In this document: piece by piece, positions 28,845-36,786 of the stretch | Layout of the letters: each line of letters starts with the position of its first letter | Position numbering within the stretch: position 1 is the stretch's first letter | Translations under genes and position numbers: made by a program | Source: a virus | Taxonomy: Duplodnaviria > Heunggongvirae > Uroviricota > Caudoviricetes | Length of the DNA: 58,955 nt | Strand: one strand, 5' to 3' | Virus record (IMG/VR): IMGVR_UViG_3300036944_001243 | Notes under the pieces: model-generated | Database searches by the model: none | What the model saw: the letters and a program-made list of their open reading frames with translations, nothing else | Told to the model about the DNA's origin: nothing

Positions 28845-29600
28845 ATGATTCCTATTTTTAAATCAACATACTCAATAGGAAAAAGTATTTTAACTCTGGA
28901 TCATCCCGACAAGGTTTCGAGCGATGGTCCAGATAGTATTTTTTCTATAGCAAAAGACAACAATCTTTCAACCGTTTATCTTGTTGAGGATTCAATGGTC
29001 GGATTTTTTGACGCATTCAAAAAGTGCCAAGAACTGGGCCTACAATTGTGCTTCGGATACAGATTCACTTGCTGCAATGATTATGAAAATAGCAATTCGA
29101 ATCATAAGCTGATTGCTTTCGCAAAAAACGATCAAGGATGCAAAGATTTGAACCGTTTTTACAGTTTCGTAAATACGCAGCACGCTGGAAGAATTAGCGA
29201 TAAAGACTTGGTTGAATTGTGGACCGACAACATGCTTCTTGTTGTTCCATTTTATGATTCATTTATTTTTAATAATCATTTCTGCTTGGGCAATTGCATT
29301 CCAGATTTCAAATCTCTTCCAGCGATTTTCTTTATTGAAAGCAATGGGTTGCCTTTCGATAGCATGATCGAAAAAGCAGTTAAAGATTATGTCTCTGGTA
29401 ATTCTCTATATGAAATTGAGCCTGCTAAATCCATCTATTACCGTTACAAATCTGATGTAGAAGCTTACCAAACTTATAAGATTTTGTGCAACAGAACTTT
29501 TGGCAAGCAGGCAACTTTATCTTCTCCTAACCTTAACCATTTCGGCAGTGATGAATTCTGCTGGGAATCCTTCGAAGAACAATGCGCTCAGAACTCCTAA
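28845..29600 (+). CDS. Stand-alone PHP domain of DNA polymerase III alpha (metal ligands degenerate)
   Basis: FKSTYSIGKSIL, LVEDSMVG, HKLIAFAKNDQGCKDLNRF align to the DnaE PHP motifs (HxHSxYSLLDG, LTDHG, HLxLLAKNxxGYxNL). Start set at ATG 28845. Confidence 0.8.
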   Translation: MIPIFKSTYSIGKSILTLDHPDKVSSDGPDSIFSIAKDNNLSTVYLVEDSMVGFFDAFKKCQELGLQLCFGYRFTCCNDYENSNSNHKLIAFAKNDQGCKDLNRFYSFVNTQHAGRISDKDLVELWTDNMLLVVPFYDSFIFNNHFCLGNCIPDFKSLPAIFFIESNGLPFDSMIEKAVKDYVSGNSLYEIEPAKSIYYRYKSDVEAYQTYKILCNRTFGKQATLSSPNLNHFGSDEFCWESFEEQCAQNS

Positions 29601-30214
29601 GATTTAAAAACAAGCAAAAATACCTTATTTTTGACACAGAAACAGAAGGTCTTAATCTTGTAAAGTCTCGACCATGGCAGATCGCTTGGATTGTGGCTGA
29701 AGGAAAGAATATCATTTCTAAAAATGATCGATTCATTAAGTGGGACGATTTAAAAGTTTCAGAGGGCGCGGCAAAAATCACTGGATTCACAGAACAAGAA
29801 TATGAGCGTCGAGCAGAAGACCCAAAAAAGGTTTGGGCTGATTTTTCTAAATATCTTTTTGATCCAGAATACATTATCATTGGCCAAAACTTATTAGGCT
29901 TTGATGTTTACATGCTGAATGTTTGGATGAAGGGCATTGGTATGAATACTGATTATTCATACGTCGATAGAATTATCGATACGAAATCTATTGCTACGGC
30001 AATTTTCAAAAATATCCTTCCAGAAAAGAACAATTTCTCATCTTGGCAGTATAAGCTTTTGAATCATAAAGAAAAAGGACTCAAGACTTCTCAGTTGACC
30101 CTGCTCAAACATTACGGCATTCCTCACGACCCAAGCAAACTACATGATGCTCTTTATGATATTGAAATGAATTTTCAGATCTTTTTGAAGCAGATTTACG
30201 ATATTGAAATATGA
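29582..30214 (+). CDS. DEDDh 3'-5' proofreading exonuclease (DnaQ/epsilon-like)
   Basis: ExoI LIFDTETEG, ExoII GQNLLGFD, ExoIII LHDALYD. Confidence 0.9.
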   Translation: MRSELLRFKNKQKYLIFDTETEGLNLVKSRPWQIAWIVAEGKNIISKNDRFIKWDDLKVSEGAAKITGFTEQEYERRAEDPKKVWADFSKYLFDPEYIIIGQNLLGFDVYMLNVWMKGIGMNTDYSYVDRIIDTKSIATAIFKNILPEKNNFSSWQYKLLNHKEKGLKTSQLTLLKHYGIPHDPSKLHDALYDIEMNFQIFLKQIYDIEI

Positions 30215-32769
30215 AAAAACTTTTTAAACCATACGACTCTCCATTTCCAGCGGGTGTCAAGCTGCCTAGCATTAAAATCGAAAAGAAATACTATGATCTT
30301 CTTGATTCTCCTGTAGATGTAAGCAACTTCACTTTCTTGAGAAAGCTTTGCTTCAAGGGGGTTAAGGATCGCGGCATTGACAAGCTCGACAATAAGCAAG
30401 AATATTATGATCGATTGACCATGGAGCTTAACGTATTCAATGAACTTGGATTCGTTGATTATGTATTGCTTAACTGGGATGTTATCAACTTCTGTCATGA
30501 ATCAGGAATTCCAACTGGTGCTGGTCGAGGATCTGCGGCAGGTTCATTAGTATTGTATGTGATCGGTGTGACAAACATTGATCCAATTAAATACGATCTT
30601 TTCTTCGAAAGATTCGTGTCAAAAAGCCGTGCCAAAAAAATCATTAAAGATGGTGAAGAATTCTTGGATGGCTCGCTCGCTCCAGACGTTGACAATGACA
30701 TTAGTTATGATCGTCGCCACCAAGTCATTGAATATATCAATAAAAAATACCAAGGCAAGACATCAAAGATCCTGACTCTCAACACTTTGAGCAGCAAGCT
30801 CTGCATCAAAGAGTGCGGCAAGATCGTTGGCGAAATGCAAGAGTCCGCTGTCAATGAAATCAGCGATACAATTCCTAAGAAATTCGGCAAGGTTGCAAAG
30901 CTTGAAATTGCCTATTCTGAAAGTGAAGCGTTCAAGTCTTTTGCCAATAAGAATAAAAGGGTATATAGCATTGCTAAAAAAATCGAAGGCTTAAACAAAA
31001 ATGCTGGTGTTCATCCATCTGGTATCGCGATCAGCTACTATGAGCTTGAGGATATTATGCCTATTCAAAAGACAGGCGATGATGCTATCGTTTCTGGCTA
31101 TGACATGAATAATGTTTCGGAATTGACTGTAAAGTTCGATATTCTTGGACTGCGAACATTGTCTGTAGTTCACGACGTTTGCAGGCAGTTGAAAATCAAG
31201 GCAAGCGACATTGACTGTAATCATCCTTCAATCTATGCCGCTCTTCAGGTTTTAAAGGCTCCTAGCGGACTTTTTCAGATCGAAGCTGATACCAACTTCA
31301 GAGTTGCTCAGAAAGTCGCTCCTAAGAGCCTAGAGCAGCTATCTGCGGTCGTTGCTATTGCTCGACCTGGCGCTCTTGACTTCATGGATCGCTATGCCGA
31401 TTACGCTCGCAATGGCGAGTTCCAATCTGTTCATCCATTTTTTGACGATGTTCTTGGTTACACAGGAGGCATTCCTTTGTATCAAGAGCAGTTGATGAAG
31501 ATGGCTGTAAAGGTTGGATTCAGTCTTGATGAATCTGAGCAGTTGCGCCGAATCGTTGGTAAAAAGAAAGTTGATCAGATGGGAGCTTGGAAGGATAAGA
31601 TTTCCGAAAAAATCTCAGAAAACAATCTAGACCCAGCAATTGGAGAGGTTCTTTGGAAAGTCGCAGAAGACTCTGCGAATTATTCCTTCAATAAGTCTCA
31701 CAGTATTTCGTATGCTTACCTTGCTGCTATTACTGTTTATTTGAAATTTAATTATCCACAAGAGTTCTTCCTTAGTCTTTTGAAGTTTGCTCAGTTTGAG
31801 CCAAATCCTCACGAAGAAATCCACAAGATCACTCAGGAATTGAACCAGTTTGATATTCAACTTCTTCCTCCCGATTTGTCAAAGTCAGAAATCGATTTTA
31901 AAATCGAAGGCAAAAACATTCGATATGGATTGAATACCATCAAAGGAGTTTCCACCAAAATCCTAGAGTCATTGCTTGAATTTAGAGAAAATGAATTTGA
32001 GAACAAATACGAAGTCTTTCTCGCCGCAAAGCAGGCTGGCGTAAATATTGGTGTTCTTTCGGCTTTGATTCAGGCTGGAGTTCTGGATGGCTTTGTGAAA
32101 AATGATCGTTGCCGTTTGGTTCTTGAAGCTCAAACATTCAACATCTTAACTGATCGCGAAAAGAGAAATTTCGTAGCGATTGGCAATAAATACGACTATG
32201 ACATTCTTGAATCCATCAGCGCTTGCGTGAAAGAAGGATTAATTGGAGACGATAATAAAAAGATCTTTTCTGAGAAGCGCTTCGAAACCTTCAAGAAAAA
32301 ATATGCGCCTTACAAAGAAATCTATGAGAAAAACCGCAAGCATTTAAAATTTGCGAACTGGCATTTTGAATCTAAACTTTTGGGCTACAGCTATTCGCAA
32401 AATATCCGAGAGATTTTTAAAGCAGAAATGGGAGGCTTCCTCTCTTCGTCTGATCAAATTCAATCTCAGGAAAACAATAGCGTTGTTCGATTCGTTGGAA
32501 CCGTGAACGATGTGATCGCAAGAACCAGCGCGAATGGAAACAAATACGCAAGAATTGAGGTTGCTGACGAAAGCGGAAATTTGACAGCTTTAATGCTTGA
32601 TTCCGCCAGAGATGCGAGGTATACCAATTACATCAAATCAGGCAAGGTGATGCCGAAAAAAGGTGGCATCGTGATTTTTAGTGGCAAGAAAAACAATGAT
32701 ATTGTCATTATTGAGAAAATGTCCTTGCTTGAAGATAAAATTTATATGAAGCTCTCAGAAGTAAAATAA
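30211..32769 (+). CDS. dnaE: DNA polymerase III alpha catalytic core (palm/thumb/fingers/HhH/OB), without PHP
   Basis: GAGRGSAAGSL, PDVDND, HPSG, KFDILGLRTL, YSFNKSH; C-terminal OB fold. Confidence 0.95.
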   Translation: MKKLFKPYDSPFPAGVKLPSIKIEKKYYDLLDSPVDVSNFTFLRKLCFKGVKDRGIDKLDNKQEYYDRLTMELNVFNELGFVDYVLLNWDVINFCHESGIPTGAGRGSAAGSLVLYVIGVTNIDPIKYDLFFERFVSKSRAKKIIKDGEEFLDGSLAPDVDNDISYDRRHQVIEYINKKYQGKTSKILTLNTLSSKLCIKECGKIVGEMQESAVNEISDTIPKKFGKVAKLEIAYSESEAFKSFANKNKRVYSIAKKIEGLNKNAGVHPSGIAISYYELEDIMPIQKTGDDAIVSGYDMNNVSELTVKFDILGLRTLSVVHDVCRQLKIKASDIDCNHPSIYAALQVLKAPSGLFQIEADTNFRVAQKVAPKSLEQLSAVVAIARPGALDFMDRYADYARNGEFQSVHPFFDDVLGYTGGIPLYQEQLMKMAVKVGFSLDESEQLRRIVGKKKVDQMGAWKDKISEKISENNLDPAIGEVLWKVAEDSANYSFNKSHSISYAYLAAITVYLKFNYPQEFFLSLLKFAQFEPNPHEEIHKITQELNQFDIQLLPPDLSKSEIDFKIEGKNIRYGLNTIKGVSTKILESLLEFRENEFENKYEVFLAAKQAGVNIGVLSALIQAGVLDGFVKNDRCRLVLEAQTFNILTDREKRNFVAIGNKYDYDILESISACVKEGLIGDDNKKIFSEKRFETFKKKYAPYKEIYEKNRKHLKFANWHFESKLLGYSYSQNIREIFKAEMGGFLSSSDQIQSQENNSVVRFVGTVNDVIARTSANGNKYARIEVADESGNLTALMLDSARDARYTNYIKSGKVMPKKGGIVIFSGKKNNDIVIIEKMSLLEDKIYMKLSEVK

Positions 32770-32772
32770 CTT

Positions 32773-32781
32773 GTGTAAAAT
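32773..32781 (+). promoter_or_regulatory. GTGTAAnAT motif upstream of the Clp ATPase
   Basis: GTGTAAAAT, 3 nt to the ATG at 32785 or 6 nt to the ATG at 32788. Confidence 0.55.
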
Positions 32782-32784
32782 ATT

Positions 32785-35052
32785 ATGATGGACGTTGACA
32801 AAATCAAATTTACATCCAGCGCCAGTAGGTCTATGGATCAATTGAAATCTTTTGTTGAATCAAAAGATCAGAATATCGCAAATGCAATTCATGTTTTTTA
32901 TCTGTGTTTTAAAAATGCAAACGCAACCTTCCTAGAATTCATTGAATCTAGGGGGATTGAGTTGACTGCAAGCAAGATCGAATACGTGATAGATAAATTC
33001 ACTATCAAAAATCCTGAAAAATTTATTAGCGAAACTGTCCCATATAGAATCTGCGAATCCATCAACTCCCTTCTTAGGAAGTCTTTTAAAACAGCAAATA
33101 AATATGAACACTGTTACGTTGGCGTTGAACACTTGATGTATTCATTCTTGGAAGAAAACGATGACTTTTGCGATGCTCTTTTCCAGAATAACATCGATAC
33201 TGAGCATTTGAAACTTTCATTGCTTGCATTTATCTCTGGAGAAGAATCAGATTTTCCATTTGATATTGACTTTGAGGACGACGAAGATGATGATGATGAA
33301 GAAGATAATTTTTCTGGCAGTTACTTGGAAAAATATTGCACTCTTTTCAATGTTACCGCAAATGATCCATCTTTCCCACGAATCTCTGGAAGAGACAAAG
33401 AAATCTCTTTGATGGAGGAAATTCTTTGCAGAAAGAATAAGAGCAATTGTGTTCTTGTTGGAGAAGCTGGAACTGGAAAAACAACCATTGTCGAAGGTCT
33501 TGCTCAATTGATTGAGACAGAAGGATACAGCGGTCCATTAGCTAATAAAAAGGTTTTCTCTTTGGATCTTGGATCGCTCGTCGCTGGAACAAAATACAGA
33601 GGACAATTTGAAGAGCGCTTCAACAAACTTCTTAATGAACTAAAGGAAAGAAAAGATGGAATCTTATTCATCGATGAAATCCACACAATCATTGGAACTG
33701 GCAGCAGAGAAGGATCACAGGATTTGGCTAACATGCTAAAGCCAGCATTGGCAAGAGGCGAGATTATGTGTGTTGGCGCTACAACTTCGACAGAATATAA
33801 AAAATACTTTGAAAAAGATGCCGCACTTGCTCGTCGTTTTCATGCTATCAATGTCGATGAGCCAGAACTTGTTTATGTTTTGGAAATGTTGAAAACATCA
33901 CTGCCTAGTTATGAGGCTCATCACAACGTAGTATTCCCAGAAAAAGTTGCGATTGCTGCTGCGAAGATGTGTGAGATTTATTTGCCAAATCAAAGATTCC
34001 CAGACAAATTATTTGATGTTGTTGACCAATCAGCTTCAAAAACAAGAATCAATTCTCCCACTGAAAAATCCAAAGTCACTATCAACACTGTTTGCGAAGT
34101 GATTGCGGATAAAATCAATGTGGACGTTAAAACAATCAAAGAATCTCACAACAAGACATTCGCTGAATTCGAAGATAATGTAAACAAAAATATCTTTGGT
34201 CAAGAATCGAATATTTCCAAAATTTACGATATTCTTGCTTGTGCTAAGGCTGGTTTTCAAAGCAAAAACAAACCAATCTCAAGTTTCTTCTTTGTTGGCC
34301 CTACAAGTGTTGGCAAGACTTATGCTGCCAAGCAAATCGCCAAAGAATTCTATGGTAATGAAAAAAGCTTCCTTCAATTGAACATGAGCGAGTATCAAGA
34401 GCAAGCTTCGATCTCAAAATTGATTGGGGCAAGCGCTGGATACGTTGGTTACGAAGATGGTGGCCTTCTCACAGAGTTCGTTAGAAAAAATCCAAATAGC
34501 TTGATTCTTTTTGATGAAGCTGAAAAGTGCAACTCAAATGTTTTGAATTTGTTACTTCAAATCTTGGACGAGGCAAAATTAAATGACAATTTAAATAGAA
34601 CCGTTGACTTCTCTCGTTGCATCGTTGTCCTCACTAGTAATATTGGCGCTGACACAAGCTCAAAAAAACAAATGGGCTTTATCTCAGAAGAGGTGTCGGA
34701 GCAGCAAAATTACGAAATATCAGTTGAGAAAATGCTTCGCCCTGAATTAATCTCTCGCATTGATCAGGTTGTAGTGTTTAAATCTCTTGAAAAAGATTCT
34801 ATTGTAAAAATCTTTGATTCTAAATTGTCAGAAGTGGCGCAAAACCTCAATCAAAAGGGTATCTCTGTGACATTCGAATTCGCTGGAGAAGACCTTTTCT
34901 CTTTGAATGCAGGATCTCAGGATCATGCGCGACAAGTAAAGAAGGTTGTTCGTCAAAAAGTTGAAATTCCTTTGGCAAAATTTATTGTTAATAATCCAAA
35001 GCAGAAGAATTTCTCTGCAAAAATGCTTGACGGAAAACTCAGCGTGTGCTAA
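32785..35052 (+). CDS. clpA: ClpA-like Hsp100 AAA+ ATPase (N-domain plus two NBDs, no M-domain coiled coil)
   Basis: YVGVEHL (Clp-N), GEAGTGKTT, LVAGTKYRGQFEER, FIDEIH, LARRF, GPTSVGKT, LNMSEYQE, LFDEAEK, ILDEA. Confidence 0.9.
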   Translation: MMDVDKIKFTSSASRSMDQLKSFVESKDQNIANAIHVFYLCFKNANATFLEFIESRGIELTASKIEYVIDKFTIKNPEKFISETVPYRICESINSLLRKSFKTANKYEHCYVGVEHLMYSFLEENDDFCDALFQNNIDTEHLKLSLLAFISGEESDFPFDIDFEDDEDDDDEEDNFSGSYLEKYCTLFNVTANDPSFPRISGRDKEISLMEEILCRKNKSNCVLVGEAGTGKTTIVEGLAQLIETEGYSGPLANKKVFSLDLGSLVAGTKYRGQFEERFNKLLNELKERKDGILFIDEIHTIIGTGSREGSQDLANMLKPALARGEIMCVGATTSTEYKKYFEKDAALARRFHAINVDEPELVYVLEMLKTSLPSYEAHHNVVFPEKVAIAAAKMCEIYLPNQRFPDKLFDVVDQSASKTRINSPTEKSKVTINTVCEVIADKINVDVKTIKESHNKTFAEFEDNVNKNIFGQESNISKIYDILACAKAGFQSKNKPISSFFFVGPTSVGKTYAAKQIAKEFYGNEKSFLQLNMSEYQEQASISKLIGASAGYVGYEDGGLLTEFVRKNPNSLILFDEAEKCNSNVLNLLLQILDEAKLNDNLNRTVDFSRCIVVLTSNIGADTSSKKQMGFISEEVSEQQNYEISVEKMLRPELISRIDQVVVFKSLEKDSIVKIFDSKLSEVAQNLNQKGISVTFEFAGEDLFSLNAGSQDHARQVKKVVRQKVEIPLAKFIVNNPKQKNFSAKMLDGKLSVC

Positions 35053-35055
35053 TAT
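35027..35055 (+). promoter_or_regulatory. sigma70 promoter for the small ORF at 35064
   Basis: TTGACG-17-TAATAT with an extended TG; 8 nt to the ATG. Confidence 0.6.
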
Positions 35056-35063
35056 GTTCGTAT

Positions 35064-35294
35064 ATGAGTAACAAAAGTAAGAATAAGAACCAAGGAAACA
35101 TTGTTAATGCGATGAAGAGCAGCAAGGGCCGATTTTTCAGCCTTACTACCAAGTCTGGTGATCTAATTAACGCTCAGTTCGTTAATGAAACTCCACAAAC
35201 TGTTGTCATTTATGACCGCAATCGCTTCCTTCATCGTAGATTGAACAAGACTAGCCTTCAGCGCTTCTCTATGGGAAGCCTTCAGTTGGGTTGA
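35064..35294 (+). CDS. Small basic hypothetical protein
   Basis: MSNKSKNKNQG...; bracketed by its own promoter and terminator. Confidence 0.7.
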   Translation: MSNKSKNKNQGNIVNAMKSSKGRFFSLTTKSGDLINAQFVNETPQTVVIYDRNRFLHRRLNKTSLQRFSMGSLQLG

Positions 35295-35315
35295 TCGAAA
35301 TTCAATTCTTATTTG

Positions 35316-35346
35316 AAAACCTCAGTCGAAAGACTGGGGTTTTTTT
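35316..35346 (+). terminator. Rho-independent terminator
   Basis: Stem AAAACCTCAGTC, GAAA tetraloop, GACTGGGGTTTT, then a T-run. Confidence 0.85.
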
Positions 35347-35358
35347 GTATCATAAAAT

Positions 35359-36411
35359 ATGAACTTTGAATCCATTTATAAATCTCGACCATTCCTTTTT
35401 GAAGGGCAAAAAGATGATGTTGGCGGCGGCGAAGAGATCGTTGAATATATCATTAAAAACTCTGAAATTAAAAGCGCAGATTCAATTGAGTTTCTTTGCT
35501 CTAATTATGATTACGATGCTTATTTGGTAATTAAAAACAAAATTGGGTATTGTGTAAAATATAGCCTTGACCCTAATAACACATGCTTAAAAAACGAAGC
35601 AGAAGCATTCAAAGATCATTCTTTGGTTCATCCCAAACTATTTGCGTGCGACAAGATCAGGTTCGGTGATGTTATCAACTATTCGATTATTTCTTTTGAG
35701 TTTGCAGAAAATGTAAAAGATTTTGGGTTAGCTAGTTTGATTGAAAACTGGGATTCGTTTTTTCATGTTTACTCTCATTTAAGCGAAAAGACGCCTAAAT
35801 TTTCTTTTTTTGAATATTTGAATTCTTTTTACGCAAGCTCGGATGTTAACAATTTTCCTGAAGACGCTTTGGCGGCAATAAAAGACTATTATGATTTTGC
35901 TGTTTTAGAAGATCTGCTCAAGTCAATTCGAATCGAAATCAATCAACTATGTAAACCTTCTTTGATTAAAAAGTATAAATTCTGCCACGGCAGATTACAG
36001 CCTTCAAATATTTTAACAAGAAACGGAGAATTTAAAATAATTGATTTTACAGGCTGTTACATTGGCAACCAATACTTTGACTTGGCCAGATTATCTATCT
36101 ACTTAGGCTTAGACTCTAATAAGGAAAAAGAAATGCTATCATCTTTCTTAAAGCCGCAAGAATTAACTAAAGAAAGTTGGCAAGAATATAGATCCTGTTA
36201 TGATATTGCTATTCGCCTTGCTTTCATAGAGCTAGTCACAACATTTCTAAAAGAGGTGTATATTTTTTCTTCATTCAGGCCAGCAAAAATACTTTCAATT
36301 ATTGAAATCTTCTCTAAGAACAATACAGCATTTTTTAGATTACCAGTCATAAACAAACATTATCAATTTGTTTATGAAATGATGCTGGAGCCATTAATTG
36401 GCAAAGAATAA
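35359..36411 (+). CDS. APH/choline-kinase-fold phosphotransferase-like protein with HGR in place of the catalytic HGD
   Basis: YCVKYS, LKNEAEA, FCHGRLQPSNIL...KIIDF...YFDLA. Confidence 0.72.
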   Translation: MNFESIYKSRPFLFEGQKDDVGGGEEIVEYIIKNSEIKSADSIEFLCSNYDYDAYLVIKNKIGYCVKYSLDPNNTCLKNEAEAFKDHSLVHPKLFACDKIRFGDVINYSIISFEFAENVKDFGLASLIENWDSFFHVYSHLSEKTPKFSFFEYLNSFYASSDVNNFPEDALAAIKDYYDFAVLEDLLKSIRIEINQLCKPSLIKKYKFCHGRLQPSNILTRNGEFKIIDFTGCYIGNQYFDLARLSIYLGLDSNKEKEMLSSFLKPQELTKESWQEYRSCYDIAIRLAFIELVTTFLKEVYIFSSFRPAKILSIIEIFSKNNTAFFRLPVINKHYQFVYEMMLEPLIGKE

Positions 36412-36780
36412 TTATTCTTCAGGCAATTCAATTGGAGTGATTGAAGTATAATCTGTTTCATCAATAGTAATGACGGGCGCTTCATATTTAAAAATAGAAC
36501 CGTCAAATGAATATCCTTGCGGCATAGTAACTATACAACGTTCGCTTATATGGGTCTTTTCCAACTGCTTATTTACAGCCATCCCCAAATCGGTGTTGCC
36601 TTCAAATCGTTCAAGAGTTAACGGTATATTGCTATTGATACTGTCAAGGATGACTTGAGGATCACGATTCCAGAACTTATGGTAGCATTCATTCTGAGTG
36701 ATTGCATAATGACGAGCCGCTTTAGTTTGAATTATAGCAAGCTCTCTATTATATTGTGTTGGTGTTAGTGATTCGATCAT
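36412..36780 (-). CDS. Hypothetical protein downstream of the tail fibre (possible chaperone or accessory)
   Basis: 122-aa ORF starting 6 nt after the tail fibre stop. Confidence 0.6.
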   Translation of the reverse strand: MIESLTPTQYNRELAIIQTKAARHYAITQNECYHKFWNRDPQVILDSINSNIPLTLERFEGNTDLGMAVNKQLEKTHISERCIVTMPQGYSFDGSIFKYEAPVITIDETDYTSITPIELPEE

Positions 36781-36786
36781 AAAATT

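Noticed and set aside
28845-32769. Split intein, intron or programmed frameshift joining the DnaE pieces
   Set aside because: No intein C/S...HN termini or LAGLIDADG/HNH ORF at the junctions; each ORF has a plausible coupled start; no clear slippery heptamer was seen.
35552-35560. GTGTAAAAT inside the kinase-like gene (also GTGTAA near 3483, 48844 and 52142)
   Set aside because: Not positioned before a same-strand start codon; consistent with chance background of the hexamer.
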